Positions 1 to 9,076 of a stretch of 64,000 nt of DNA are shown here, piece after piece. Position 1 is the stretch's first letter; every line of letters begins with the position of its first letter. The notes beneath the pieces were generated by a model. It ran no database searches, was not told the origin of the DNA, and worked only from the letters and a program-made list of their open reading frames with translations. A program made the translations under genes and the position numbers. Source of the DNA: a bacterium (lineage in GTDB: Bacteria > Zhuqueibacterota > Zhuqueibacteria > Oceanimicrobiales > Oceanimicrobiaceae); NCBI GenBank assembly GCA_046757165.1, contig JBHHXT010000002.1, positions 13,593 through 77,592 on the forward strand. The letters run 5' to 3'.

Positions 1-53
1 CAGCTACATGACTGAACTAAGTACTGGTTTTCATAAATTCGACGACATATCGC

Positions 54-133
54 CTCACGCAAAGCCGCAAGGTCCGCAGATAGATGAAGGTCAAAAACAA
101 ACAAACTCTGGGCGCCCGGCGTCTTTGCGTGAG
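54..133 (+). promoter_or_regulatory. Structured leader upstream of trpC. An 11-bp perfect inverted repeat (CTCACGCAAAG 54-64 / CTTTGCGTGAG 123-133) encloses a GGGCGCCC palindrome (110-117).
   Basis: Inverted repeats read directly from the sequence. No long ORF in the first 258 nt resembles TrpD. Confidence 0.3.
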
Positions 134-211
134 ATTAAATACGTAATAGTGTTTACGAATTCCTGTACTAAGGTTTGTGGAAACTCCAAGAAGAATCAGC
201 GTTCAACTGCG

Positions 212-236
212 CAAATCGGCGTGCGATTTTTGTTTT
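212..236 (+). terminator. Weak hairpin with a U-tract (AAATCG-gcgtg-CGATTT then TTGTTTTG) just before the trpC start. Possible attenuator.
   Basis: Stem-loop followed by a T-run, seen in the sequence. The stem is short and AT-rich. Confidence 0.2.
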
Positions 237-258
237 GCAACAGCCTGAGATTGAAATC

Positions 259-1053
259 GTGAGCATCTTAGACGAGATCATTCTGAACAAAAGGCGAGAG
301 GTGGCTGCGCAGCAAAGACGGGTGCCTATTTCGCGCCTGTTTGAGCGTGCGGGTGAGTGGTCAAAGCCGGTCCCTTTTGGCGCAGCTTTGAAGCGGTGCG
401 AAAGCGTGGCGATCATCGCAGAGATCAAAAGAGCCTCTCCGTCTGCGGGCAGGATTCGGGAGGCGTTTGAGCCGGTAGAAATCGCAGAGAGTTATAAGGC
501 CAACGGCGCCACCGCACTCTCCGTCCTGACAGATGAGAAGTACTTCGAAGGCAAGCTCGAATATCTGCGCAGCGTGCGCCAAAAGGTGTCCCTGCCGGTG
601 TTGCGCAAGGATTTCATGGTCGACCCCTACCAGGTGGTGCAAGCGCACGCATACGGCGCCGACGCCATCTTGCTGATCATGAGCGTTGTGGCGCGCAGTC
701 AATTTGCCGAGCTTATGGCCGCAGCCGAAGAATGCACGCTCGACTGCCTGGTGGAGGTGCACAATTTCAAGGAGCTGGAGCGGGCGCTGAGCGACGAGGC
801 CAGCCTGATCGGCATCAACAACCGCGATTTGTCGAACTTCACCGTGGATTTACGCACCACCGAAAAGCTCATCGAAATCATTCCACCACACGCCGTGGTG
901 GTTTCGGAGAGCGGCATCAAAACCCCTGCTGAAGTCGAGCGCCTGAGCCGGGCAGGCATCGACGCCGTCCTCATCGGCGAAACGCTGATGCGGCAGGAAG
1001 ACGTCGGTGAGGCCTTGCGGGAATTCACAGGAGTCCCGAAATGCTCAAGGTGA
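259..1053 (+). CDS. trpC: Indole-3-glycerol phosphate synthase
   Basis: The ORF at 175..1053 has TrpC-like sequence throughout (IAEIKRASPS, LRKDF, LLI, GINNRDL). A GTG at 259 gives the typical N-terminus, SILDEIILNKRREV. It overlaps trpF by 13 nt. Confidence 0.85.
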   Translation: MSILDEIILNKRREVAAQQRRVPISRLFERAGEWSKPVPFGAALKRCESVAIIAEIKRASPSAGRIREAFEPVEIAESYKANGATALSVLTDEKYFEGKLEYLRSVRQKVSLPVLRKDFMVDPYQVVQAHAYGADAILLIMSVVARSQFAELMAAAEECTLDCLVEVHNFKELERALSDEASLIGINNRDLSNFTVDLRTTEKLIEIIPPHAVVVSESGIKTPAEVERLSRAGIDAVLIGETLMRQEDVGEALREFTGVPKCSR

Positions 1054-1853
1054 AGGTGTGCGGCATCACCCGTCCAGATGATGCCCGCCTGGCCTGCGAC
1101 CTGGGCGCGGATGCGATTGGATTTATTTTCTACCCAAAGAGTCCACGCTACATTTCGGTGGCCGGGGCGGCGGGCATCGTCGCACATCTGCCCGCAGAGG
1201 TCACGAAAGTCGGCGTGTTTGTCAACGAGACCGTAGAGACGATCAGAAAAACATGCGCCGCACTTGCACTCGACCTGGCGCAACTGCACGGCGATGAAAC
1301 GACAGAATACTGTGTCAAACTAGGGCTTCCTTATATCAAAGTCTTTCGTGTTGATCATGAGTTTGATGTCGAGGTTTTGCGCAGATGGAGAGAAGAGACC
1401 ACCCCAAGTCCGAGCATGGGTTGCCACTCACGGACCAAGAAAGCAGGGAAACCCGCGGGCGTCTCTGCTGGCGGCCAGCAGCAAGGTCACCTTGTTGTCG
1501 CACCCGGGCGCGTGCCCGTGGACCAATCCGATGCAGGATATCAGGAACCGGGGCTTTTGCCGGGACGTTCAGACCTTCTGTACAAGGGATTCTTACTGGA
1601 CACGTTTCAGAAGGGGCAGTATGGCGGGACGGGCAAGACATTCAACTGGGAGCTCGCGCGACGGGCGAAAGGATATGGACCTATCATCCTCTCTGGTGGT
1701 CTATCGCCGGAGAATGTGGGCGAAGCCGTGCGGTCAGTGGCGCCGGATGCCGTGGATGTCTGTAGCAGTGTCGAGGCATCGCCCGGCAGAAAGGACGATA
1801 TGAAGTTGAGAGCATTCTTTAACGAAATTGTGAGAATCAGGCAGACCGTATGA
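1041..1853 (+). CDS. trpF: Phosphoribosylanthranilate isomerase with a ~58-aa low-complexity insertion
   Basis: The N-terminus is [27 protein letters not shown] and the C-terminus is [35 protein letters not shown]-rich segment interrupts the core at about nt 1380-1570. It overlaps trpB by 4 nt. Confidence 0.85.
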   Translation: MLKVKVCGITRPDDARLACDLGADAIGFIFYPKSPRYISVAGAAGIVAHLPAEVTKVGVFVNETVETIRKTCAALALDLAQLHGDETTEYCVKLGLPYIKVFRVDHEFDVEVLRRWREETTPSPSMGCHSRTKKAGKPAGVSAGGQQQGHLVVAPGRVPVDQSDAGYQEPGLLPGRSDLLYKGFLLDTFQKGQYGGTGKTFNWELARRAKGYGPIILSGGLSPENVGEAVRSVAPDAVDVCSSVEASPGRKDDMKLRAFFNEIVRIRQTV

Positions 1854-3058
1854 AAAAGAACGACGACTACGCACATCTGCCAGACCCAAATGGCTACTAC
1901 GGCGAGTATGGCGGAAAATTCGTGCCCGAGGTGCTTGTGCCCGCGATCAACGAGCTTGAAGCAGCGTACGCGAAAGCACGTCAGGACGTGGATTTTCAGG
2001 CGGAGCTGGAGAGCATACTGTGCGAATACTCCGGACGGCCGACGCCGCTCACCTTCGCCACGCGCCTGAGTGAGCATCTGGGCGGTGCGCGAATCTTTCT
2101 GAAGCGGGAGGATTTGAACCATACAGGCGCACACAAGATCAACAACGCGGTCGGGCAGATTCTGCTGGCCCGGCGGATGGGCAAAGCGCGCATCATCGCG
2201 GAAACCGGGGCCGGGCAGCATGGTGTGGCCACCGCAACAGTGGCAGCCAGGTTTGGCATGAAGTGCGTCGTCTACATGGGGGAGGAGGACATGCGCCGGC
2301 AGGCCCTCAACGTGTTTCGTATGCGCTTGTTGGGCGCAGATGTCGTGACGGTGACATCCGGCAGCCGCACGTTGAAAGATGCCATCAATGAGGCGATTCG
2401 CGACTGGGTAAGCAATGTGCAGGACACGTTTTATCTCATCGGCTCGGTGGTTGGGCCGCACCCTTACCCGATGATTGTACGCGATTTCCAGGCCGTGATC
2501 GGGCGGGAGACCCGGCGCCAATTTCTCCAACGGAAAGGCAAACTGCCCAACTGGGTCGTCGCCTGTGTTGGTGGTGGCAGCAACGCGATCGGCATGTTCC
2601 ATTCGTTTCTTGGGGACGAAAATGTGAAGTTGGTCGGGGTCGAAGCCGGTGGACGGGGTTTGGCAAGCGGCAAGCATGCTGCCTCTCTCACCGCCGGTAC
2701 ACAAGGCGTGCTGCACGGCGCCTTCAGTTATTTGTTGCAGAACGAAGCGGGACAGGTGCAGGAAGCGCATTCCGTGTCTGCGGGTCTGGATTATCCAGGA
2801 GTCGGGCCGGAGCACAGCTTCTTGAAAGATCGCGGTCGTGTCGAGTACCTGGAGGTGACCGACGACGAGGCTCTGGAAGCGTTTGCGCTGCTTTCGCGCA
2901 CCGAAGGCATCATCCCGGCGCTGGAGAGCTCGCACGCCATTGCGCAGGTGATGAAGCTGGCGCCAGGACTCCCTTCGGACCAGACCATGGTGATTTGCCT
3001 GTCAGGCCGGGGAGATAAGGATGTTGAGGGGGTGCAAGACGTGAAATGTGAGACGTGA
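1850..3058 (+). CDS. trpB: Tryptophan synthase beta subunit
   Basis: Carries the PLP motif [16 protein letters not shown], a GGGSNAIG loop and a full-length beta-chain signature. Confidence 0.95.
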   Translation: MKKNDDYAHLPDPNGYYGEYGGKFVPEVLVPAINELEAAYAKARQDVDFQAELESILCEYSGRPTPLTFATRLSEHLGGARIFLKREDLNHTGAHKINNAVGQILLARRMGKARIIAETGAGQHGVATATVAARFGMKCVVYMGEEDMRRQALNVFRMRLLGADVVTVTSGSRTLKDAINEAIRDWVSNVQDTFYLIGSVVGPHPYPMIVRDFQAVIGRETRRQFLQRKGKLPNWVVACVGGGSNAIGMFHSFLGDENVKLVGVEAGGRGLASGKHAASLTAGTQGVLHGAFSYLLQNEAGQVQEAHSVSAGLDYPGVGPEHSFLKDRGRVEYLEVTDDEALEAFALLSRTEGIIPALESSHAIAQVMKLAPGLPSDQTMVICLSGRGDKDVEGVQDVKCET

Positions 3059-3076
3059 CCGGGGGTTGCAAAGGAA

Positions 3077-3218
3077 TCGAAAAGCAAAAAAGTGAAATAG
3101 TAAAATGACAAACCGAAAATCAAAAATTGCGTTCAGGGTGCCTACCTGCATCTGTTTTGAATTTTCATTTGTCATTTTCCATTATTTTCCATTTTTATTT
3201 TTGATTTTTTCATTGACG
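3077..3218. repeat. AT-rich (~30% GC) intergenic insert between trpB and trpA. It has an imperfect ~28-bp inverted repeat (3100-3129 / 3153-3180, 24-nt spacer) followed by a long T-tract.
   Basis: The left arm GTAAAATGACAAACCGAAAATCAAAAATTG pairs with the right arm TGTTTTGAATTTTCATTTGTCATTTTCC. Base composition contrasts sharply with the ~60% GC flanks. Confidence 0.6.
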
Positions 3219-3253
3219 AGAGTTGCGAGCAATCCCGATATGGAGCTGAAGTC

Positions 3254-4057
3254 GTGAACAGACTTCTTGAATTATTCGAGCGGAACCGGCGTGAAGGGAA
3301 GAAACTACTGTCGATATTCGTGACCGCCGGATACCCGGTTTTGCAGGGCACGCCGGACCTGGTGTGCACGCTGGAGCAGGCCGGGGCCGATTTCGTCGAG
3401 CTTGGCCTGCCGTTTTCAGACCCCATCGCAGACGGCCCGACCATTCAGGAGTCCTCGACCCGCGCGCTCGAGAATGGCATGACGCTCTCTCTTGCTTTGC
3501 GCCAGGTAAGGGAAATACGGGAGCGCAGCAACATGCCGATCTTGATGATGGGTTACTTCAATCCCCTGTTCAGATATGGGCTCGATCGGCTGGTGACAGA
3601 CGCGGAGGCGGCGGGAGTGGACGGCTTTATCATTCCCGACCTGCTGCCTGAAGATTATTCCCGCTTCGAGCATGCCTTCAGCGGCCGCAACATCGGTGTC
3701 AACTTTCTGGTTTCGCCGAACACCGCGCACGCACGCATTCAAACGGTGGACAGATTGACCGACGCTTTCATTTACTGTGTTTCCGTCACCGGGGTCACCG
3801 GGACGCGCCGTGGCGTACCGGCGGGGCTGATCGAATTTCTGGCAGGGATGAAAGAGTCTGTAGTGCACCCGGTCCTGGTCGGGTTTGGCATTTCAAACGG
3901 CGAGGACGCGGCTACTCTCGCACGCCATTGCGATGGCGTCATCGTCGGAAGTGCCGTCATCAAAATACTTTCACAGCCTGGCGAAATGGCAAAAAAATAC
4001 GAATTGGTGAGCCAGTTTGTAGGTCAGTTAAAGGAGTCGTTGAAAGGAGTTGAATGA
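3254..4057 (+). CDS. trpA: Tryptophan synthase alpha subunit (GTG start)
   Basis: Contains LSIFVTAGYP, ELGLPFSDPIADGPTIQ and GFGIS. It overlaps the next gene by 4 nt (ATGA). Confidence 0.93.
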   Translation: MNRLLELFERNRREGKKLLSIFVTAGYPVLQGTPDLVCTLEQAGADFVELGLPFSDPIADGPTIQESSTRALENGMTLSLALRQVREIRERSNMPILMMGYFNPLFRYGLDRLVTDAEAAGVDGFIIPDLLPEDYSRFEHAFSGRNIGVNFLVSPNTAHARIQTVDRLTDAFIYCVSVTGVTGTRRGVPAGLIEFLAGMKESVVHPVLVGFGISNGEDAATLARHCDGVIVGSAVIKILSQPGEMAKKYELVSQFVGQLKESLKGVE

Positions 4058-4335
4058 TGGATATTGAAGATTGGCGTCGCCGCATCGATGAAATCGACAT
4101 GGAGCTTTTACATTTGCTCAACAAGCGGGCAGAATATTCCATTGCTATCGGCGATATCAAGCACGAAGAAAAACTTCCAATTTACTCTCCAGAGCGGGAG
4201 AGATGGATCCTGGAACGAGTGCTGGAACAAAATCCAGGGCCATTAACTCGAGATGGGGTTCGGCGCATCTTTGAACGTATCATCGACGAATCCCGCAAGC
4301 TTGAAAAAGACGAATGTGCAAAAAAGGAGGAGTAA
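4054..4335 (+). CDS. Monofunctional chorismate mutase (AroQ-class CM domain, 93 aa)
   Basis: RRRIDEIDMELLHLLNKRAEYSIAIGDIK and ERWILERV match the small helical chorismate mutase family. Confidence 0.8.
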   Translation: MMDIEDWRRRIDEIDMELLHLLNKRAEYSIAIGDIKHEEKLPIYSPERERWILERVLEQNPGPLTRDGVRRIFERIIDESRKLEKDECAKKEE

Positions 4336-4341
4336 GCAAAA

Positions 4342-5355
4342 ATGGTGGTCGTAATGGAAAAAGACGCGAGCGAAGATAACATTCAAAAGGTCATCGCTCG
4401 GCTGACGGAAATGAACTTCGATGTGCATCGCTCGACTGGCGTGAACCAGACGGTGCTGGGCGCGGTCGGAGACAAGCGTGGCTTGGACCCGCGTACGCTG
4501 GAAGTCATGACAGATGTGTACAAAGTTGTGCCGATCACTGAGCCGTATAAATTGGCCAGCCGCACCTTCCAGCCGCGCGATACGAGAATCAAGGTCAAGG
4601 GTGTCACCATCGGGGGGAAGAAGCTGGTGATGATGGCGGGCCCGTGCTCGGTAGAAGGCCGCGACCAGATTCTCGAGATTGCCGAGATCGTCCGGAAAGG
4701 AGGGGCCAGCGTATTGCGCGGCGGGGCATTCAAGCCACGCACCTCGCCATACAGCTTTCAGGGACTTGGCGAGAAGGGGCTGCAACACCTGGCGGAAGCC
4801 GGGCGTGAGACGGGCATGGTCACGGTCTCAGAAGTGATGGAAAGCGCCCATATCCCGCTGCTGCTGGAATATGTCGACATCCTGCAGGTCGGGGCACGCA
4901 ATATGCAGAATTTTTCCTTGTTGCGAGACCTCGGCAAGATTCGCAAGCCTGTGTTGCTCAAGCGAGGCATGTCCGCAACCGTGGAGGAGTGGCTCATGGC
5001 GGCGGAATACATCATGGCCGGCGGTAATTACGATGTCATCCTGTGCGAGCGCGGCATCCGCACCTTCGAGAAGTATACTCGCAACACGCTCGACATTTCC
5101 GCGATTCCCGTGGTGAAGAAATTGAGCCACCTGCCCATCATCGCGGATCCGAGTCATGCCACGGGCCGGCGGGATAAGGTCACGCCGATGGCGCGGGCCG
5201 CGATTGCTGCCGGCACCGACGGCTTGCTGGTGGAAGTGCACCAGAATCCGGAGCAAGCGTTGTCGGACGGGGCCCAGTCCCTCTACCCGCAGCAGTTTGA
5301 GCAGCTCATGCAGGAATTACTCATCATTGCCAGGGCCGTGGGCAAGTCGTGGTGA
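4342..5355 (+). CDS. 3-deoxy-D-arabino-heptulosonate-7-phosphate synthase, type I-beta, with an N-terminal ferredoxin-like regulatory domain
   Basis: A ~75-aa N-terminal domain is followed by a KDO8PS-like catalytic core (LVMMAGPCSVEG, RGGAFKPRTSPYSFQG, IADPSH). Confidence 0.85.
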   Translation: MVVVMEKDASEDNIQKVIARLTEMNFDVHRSTGVNQTVLGAVGDKRGLDPRTLEVMTDVYKVVPITEPYKLASRTFQPRDTRIKVKGVTIGGKKLVMMAGPCSVEGRDQILEIAEIVRKGGASVLRGGAFKPRTSPYSFQGLGEKGLQHLAEAGRETGMVTVSEVMESAHIPLLLEYVDILQVGARNMQNFSLLRDLGKIRKPVLLKRGMSATVEEWLMAAEYIMAGGNYDVILCERGIRTFEKYTRNTLDISAIPVVKKLSHLPIIADPSHATGRRDKVTPMARAAIAAGTDGLLVEVHQNPEQALSDGAQSLYPQQFEQLMQELLIIARAVGKSW

Positions 5356-5515
5356 TTTGTTGTTGAGTTTTTGCCACTTCATGCTTATTATTGACTCGAG
5401 TTTCACAGCTACCGGGTGTTTTTACTGAGTTCTTTTTGAGCTGAAGGCACGTAAGATTATGAAATGGTAGACCTATAACGTAGGAGTAGATTCTTCTATC
5501 ATTTAAACATGGAAT

Positions 5516-6486
5516 GTGCTAAATTCACAACCGGCAAAAGAGAACAGTTTCACAATGATTGACCTAAAATACTATTTCCGGTCAAATGTAGTTGAATCCC
5601 TACGACGTCGTTTTTTGGACGTGAACGGCTTTGACAATGCAAACAAGCTTGCGGCCGATATTTGTGGTATTAGAGACTTTTTCCATCAAGAAGAATACTA
5701 CTCGACTTTCCTCGAACTTCTTGGTTATCAATCACTTTCTATCCCAGACGAAAACAGGCGCGAATATGGAGACTTTCAAACACCAGATGTTCTAACAAAT
5801 GCAGTATGTTCCTATTTGAAATCACACATCAATCCAAAAGTGCTTGTCGAACCAACGTTTGGCAAAGGTTCTTTCCTCACTTCTGCTTTAAGACAGTTCA
5901 GTCAATTGGAATCTGTTCTTGGCGTCGAAATTCACGAACGGTATGTATGGCATTCCAAATTCAAGATTCTGGAATTCTTTATTGAGAATCCAAACACCAA
6001 CAAACCCTCAATTTATTTACACCACGCAGATGTCTTTGATGTTGATTGGACGATGGTGCATCAAAGTTCTGATGAAGAAATCCTGGTCATGGGAAACCCT
6101 CCCTGGGTTTCGTCCTGACGATGCTAAGAGAGTTCAGCCACTTGCACGGAAACATGGCGATGCTCTTGAAAAAATCTGTGACAAAAAACCTGGTATATGA
6201 CCTTAGAAAAACCAAACACAAGATATCCGAATTAAGATCATTCAGCTTTGACGCAAAACAATATTTTGGCGCGTCTGTTGAAGCGGCACTTTTTACGTGT
6301 AGTTTTAATCGCCCAAATTCAGAGTACATTTGTTCGGTCTATGATTTCTCACAACCTACAGTTATTGAAAAGACCTTTGGCTGGATGCACGATAAGTTTA
6401 TTTCTGACATAGAGCTTTATCGAATTGACTCTGAATTTGATGAAAAATCTAACAAATCGGCTGCACGCGAACTTCGACTACAGTGA
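5516..6486 (+). pseudogene. Degraded gamma-class N6-adenine DNA methyltransferase, split over three reading frames, inside a low-GC islet
   Basis: The order is motif X (GDFQTPD), motif I (LVEPTFGKGSF), motif IV (GNPPW), then a stop. Downstream fragments lie in frames 0 and 1 (5919..6200 and 6121..6486). Local GC is about 40%. Confidence 0.6.
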
Positions 6487-6666
6487 TTGGGAAGAATTCT
6501 TGTCTACGATGAAAAGTAAGACACGTCATCGAGCCCAACTTGCTTTATTCTAAGCGCGCTTGGTCTACCGTTGCCTCAATCTGAAGCAAGTTCCGTGCTT
6601 TCACAACGTCCTGTGCTCTTTCACTTTCGCGCAGGTAATGCTATCGATATTTGGAATCGGTTCAAG

Positions 6667-7764
6667 GTGAGGTTCAAGAAAATTGCAATTGTCGGGTTGG
6701 GCCTGATCGGCGGGTCTCTTGCCGCTGCGTTCAAACGCAAAGGGCTGGCCGTGTCCATCGTGGGCATCGACACCGAGCCGGTCCTGGCCAAAGGTCTGCG
6801 ACAGGGCCTTATCGATGAAGCGTATGTGCTCGAGGAGATGGCGCCTGGCGTGGCGGCAGCAGATCTGATCATTCTGGCTGCGCCCATCACCGGAATTGTC
6901 GAGACCATCGGCAGGGTTCGAGAGTGGGTTCCGCCCGGTGTCCTGATCACCGATGTCGGCAGCACCAAGGTGCAAATCGTTCAGGCCGCGCAGAAGCTTC
7001 TGCCAGCCGGCGTCTATTTTCTTGGCGGCCACCCGATGGCTGGTGCCGAGCGCGGGGGCGTGGAAAACGCGGATGGGTTTCTGTTTGAAAATGCGATCTA
7101 TGTTTTGACCGAGGCGCAGCCGCTGCCACGGGCGCTCAAAGAGCGCTTCATCGAGCTGGTTGAACGCATCGGGGCAAAGTCTGTTTTTTTGACCGCAAAG
7201 GCGCACGACGAAATCGCCGCGGTTGTGAGTCACCTGCCGCAGCTTCTGGCCGTCACTTTGATGAACTTTGCTGCCGGGCACAATCAGGAGAATTCAGCCT
7301 ATTTGAAATTGGCCGCCGGTGGCTTTCGCGACATGACGCGTGTAGCTTCCAGCCCCTTCGATATCTGGAGGGATATTCTGGCAAGCAATCGTGAAAATGT
7401 GCTGGCGACCATTGACCGGTTCCTCGTGGCCTTGCGCGAGATGCGGGATTCGCTCGCTGAGCAGCGGCTGGAGCCGGTGTTTGTTGAGGCCGCTCGCAAC
7501 CGGCTCGCGATTCCGAAAGACACGCGCGGCTTTGTGCGGCCGCATTTCGATCTCTACGTGATCGTCGAAGATAAACCCGGCGTGATCGCCGCGATTGCCA
7601 ACGCCCTGGGGCCGGAGGGGATCAACATCAAGGATATTGAAGTCGTCAAAGTCCGCGAAGGCGAAGGCGGAACCATCCGCCTCGCGTTTGAGACAGAGCG
7701 AGAGCGAACGAACGCCATGGCGCTCTTGCACAAGATTGGTTTCTACACGCAGCGAAGGAGTTGA
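6667..7764 (+). CDS. tyrA: Prephenate dehydrogenase with a C-terminal ACT domain
   Basis: Rossmann fold IAIVGLGLIGGS and a GHPMAG motif. The C-terminal ACT-like segment is LYVIVEDKPGVIAAIANAL. The start is uncertain: the ORF opens at 6571, GTG at 6667 is preferred. Confidence 0.8.
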   Translation: MRFKKIAIVGLGLIGGSLAAAFKRKGLAVSIVGIDTEPVLAKGLRQGLIDEAYVLEEMAPGVAAADLIILAAPITGIVETIGRVREWVPPGVLITDVGSTKVQIVQAAQKLLPAGVYFLGGHPMAGAERGGVENADGFLFENAIYVLTEAQPLPRALKERFIELVERIGAKSVFLTAKAHDEIAAVVSHLPQLLAVTLMNFAAGHNQENSAYLKLAAGGFRDMTRVASSPFDIWRDILASNRENVLATIDRFLVALREMRDSLAEQRLEPVFVEAARNRLAIPKDTRGFVRPHFDLYVIVEDKPGVIAAIANALGPEGINIKDIEVVKVREGEGGTIRLAFETERERTNAMALLHKIGFYTQRRS

Positions 7765-7774
7765 GGCAAGCAAA

Positions 7775-9076
7775 ATGATAAAAATCGTGGCTCCGGCCGA
7801 CCGAATTTCCGGCGCTATCGACCTGCCCGGCGACAAGTCCATCTCGCACCGGGCGCTGATGATTTCAGCAATCGCGGAGGGCGAGAGCCATATCGAGAAT
7901 CTGAGCAGCGGGCTGGATGTGCAGAGCACGCTGCGTTGTTTGCTGAATCTCGGTGTCGAGATCGAGCGCCACGGCCAGCATACGATTGTGCACGGGCGCG
8001 GCTTGACGGGCCTCACGGCTCCGGAAAGAACCCTGGACGTCGGCAACTCTGGCACGACCCTGCGGCTTTTGTCCGGCGTGGTGGCCGGACAGCCTTTTCT
8101 CAGCCGGCTCAGCGGCGATGAGTCCATTCGATCTCGACCCATGTCGCGCATCGTGATTCCGCTGCGGCAGATGGGAGCCGAGGTCTCTGCGTTGAAGGAT
8201 GAATTTGCTCCGCTCACCATCAAAGGCGGGAATTTGCGGCCCATCAACTATGTCATGCCGGTGGCCAGTGCTCAGGTCAAGTCGTGTGTCCTGCTGGCTG
8301 GCCTGTTCGCCGACGGCAGGACGACCCTGCAGGAGCCGGCCCTGACGCGCGACCACACCGAGCTCATGCTGGTCAAATACGGCGCCTCGGTGCAAAAAGA
8401 AGGTAGCAGCATCTCGGTCAGCGGCCCGGCGGTTTTGCAGGGACAAGCCGTTTTCGTTCCCGGCGATTTGTCTGCGGCTGCCTATTTTATCGCAGCGGCC
8501 ATCCTGGTCAAGGATTCAGATATCTTGATCAAGAACGTCGGCATCAACCCCACACGCCAGGCTTTTTTGTCTCTATTGTGCGACTTGGGGGCGAATCTCG
8601 ATCTCATCAACGTGCGGACGGTCGGCAGTGAGCTGATGGCCGACCTCTACGTCCGAAGCTCAGCGCTCAGGGCGGTGAGCGTCTCCGGCGCGATCATCCC
8701 GCAGATCATCGATGAAATCCCGATTCTTGCCGTTCTGGCGACGCAGGCGGAGGGACGGACGACCATCGATGACGCCCTGGAGTTGCGCTTCAAAGAATCT
8801 GACCGGCTGCGCAGCATCGCTTTCAATTTGGAACGGATGGGGGGCAAGGTCACGGAGAAAAAAGATGGCCTTACTATCGATGGTCCGGTTGCGCTCAAAC
8901 CCGCTGAAATCGAGTGCTTCGGGGACCACCGCATCGCCATGTCTTTGGCTGTGGCGGCCCTGGTCGCAGGCGGCGCATGTAAACTCAGCGGCGCAGAATG
9001 CGTGGATGTCAGCAATCCGGGATTCTTTCAGACGCTTGAAGAGCTGACCTCCACTTCGAGCCGTGAAGTACGATGA
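7775..9076 (+). CDS. aroA: 3-phosphoshikimate 1-carboxyvinyltransferase (EPSP synthase)
   Basis: An ATG at 7775 gives MIKIVAPADRISGAIDLPGDKSISHRALM. A LDVGNSGTTLRLL motif is present. The ORF-track start at 7595 overlaps tyrA and is probably spurious. Confidence 0.9.
   Translation: MIKIVAPADRISGAIDLPGDKSISHRALMISAIAEGESHIENLSSGLDVQSTLRCLLNLGVEIERHGQHTIVHGRGLTGLTAPERTLDVGNSGTTLRLLSGVVAGQPFLSRLSGDESIRSRPMSRIVIPLRQMGAEVSALKDEFAPLTIKGGNLRPINYVMPVASAQVKSCVLLAGLFADGRTTLQEPALTRDHTELMLVKYGASVQKEGSSISVSGPAVLQGQAVFVPGDLSAAAYFIAAAILVKDSDILIKNVGINPTRQAFLSLLCDLGANLDLINVRTVGSELMADLYVRSSALRAVSVSGAIIPQIIDEIPILAVLATQAEGRTTIDDALELRFKESDRLRSIAFNLERMGGKVTEKKDGLTIDGPVALKPAEIECFGDHRIAMSLAVAALVAGGACKLSGAECVDVSNPGFFQTLEELTSTSSREVR

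Noticed and set aside
8-262. An 84-aa ORF at the window start
   Set aside because: It has no similarity to TrpD or any family. It overlaps the structured leader and the trpC start. It is more likely non-coding leader sequence.
1380-1570. Possible intein or mobile insertion in trpF
   Set aside because: The insert is only ~58 aa and low-complexity. It lacks the Cys/Ser-His-Asn splice-junction residues and the endonuclease blocks. I treated it as a loop insertion instead.
1607-2935. A 442-aa ORF on the minus strand. Similar long antisense ORFs occur at 699..1289, 7294..8247, 9028..10029, 9818..11122, 13594..14682, 45674..46600 and 57977..58792.
   Set aside because: Each lies entirely antisense to a strongly conserved, full-length housekeeping gene (trpB, trpC, tyrA/aroA, aroE/aroC, lon, NHL protein, rsmB). 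The translations are low-complexity and Arg/Pro/Gly-rich. These are typical stop-codon-poor artefacts of ~60% GC DNA.
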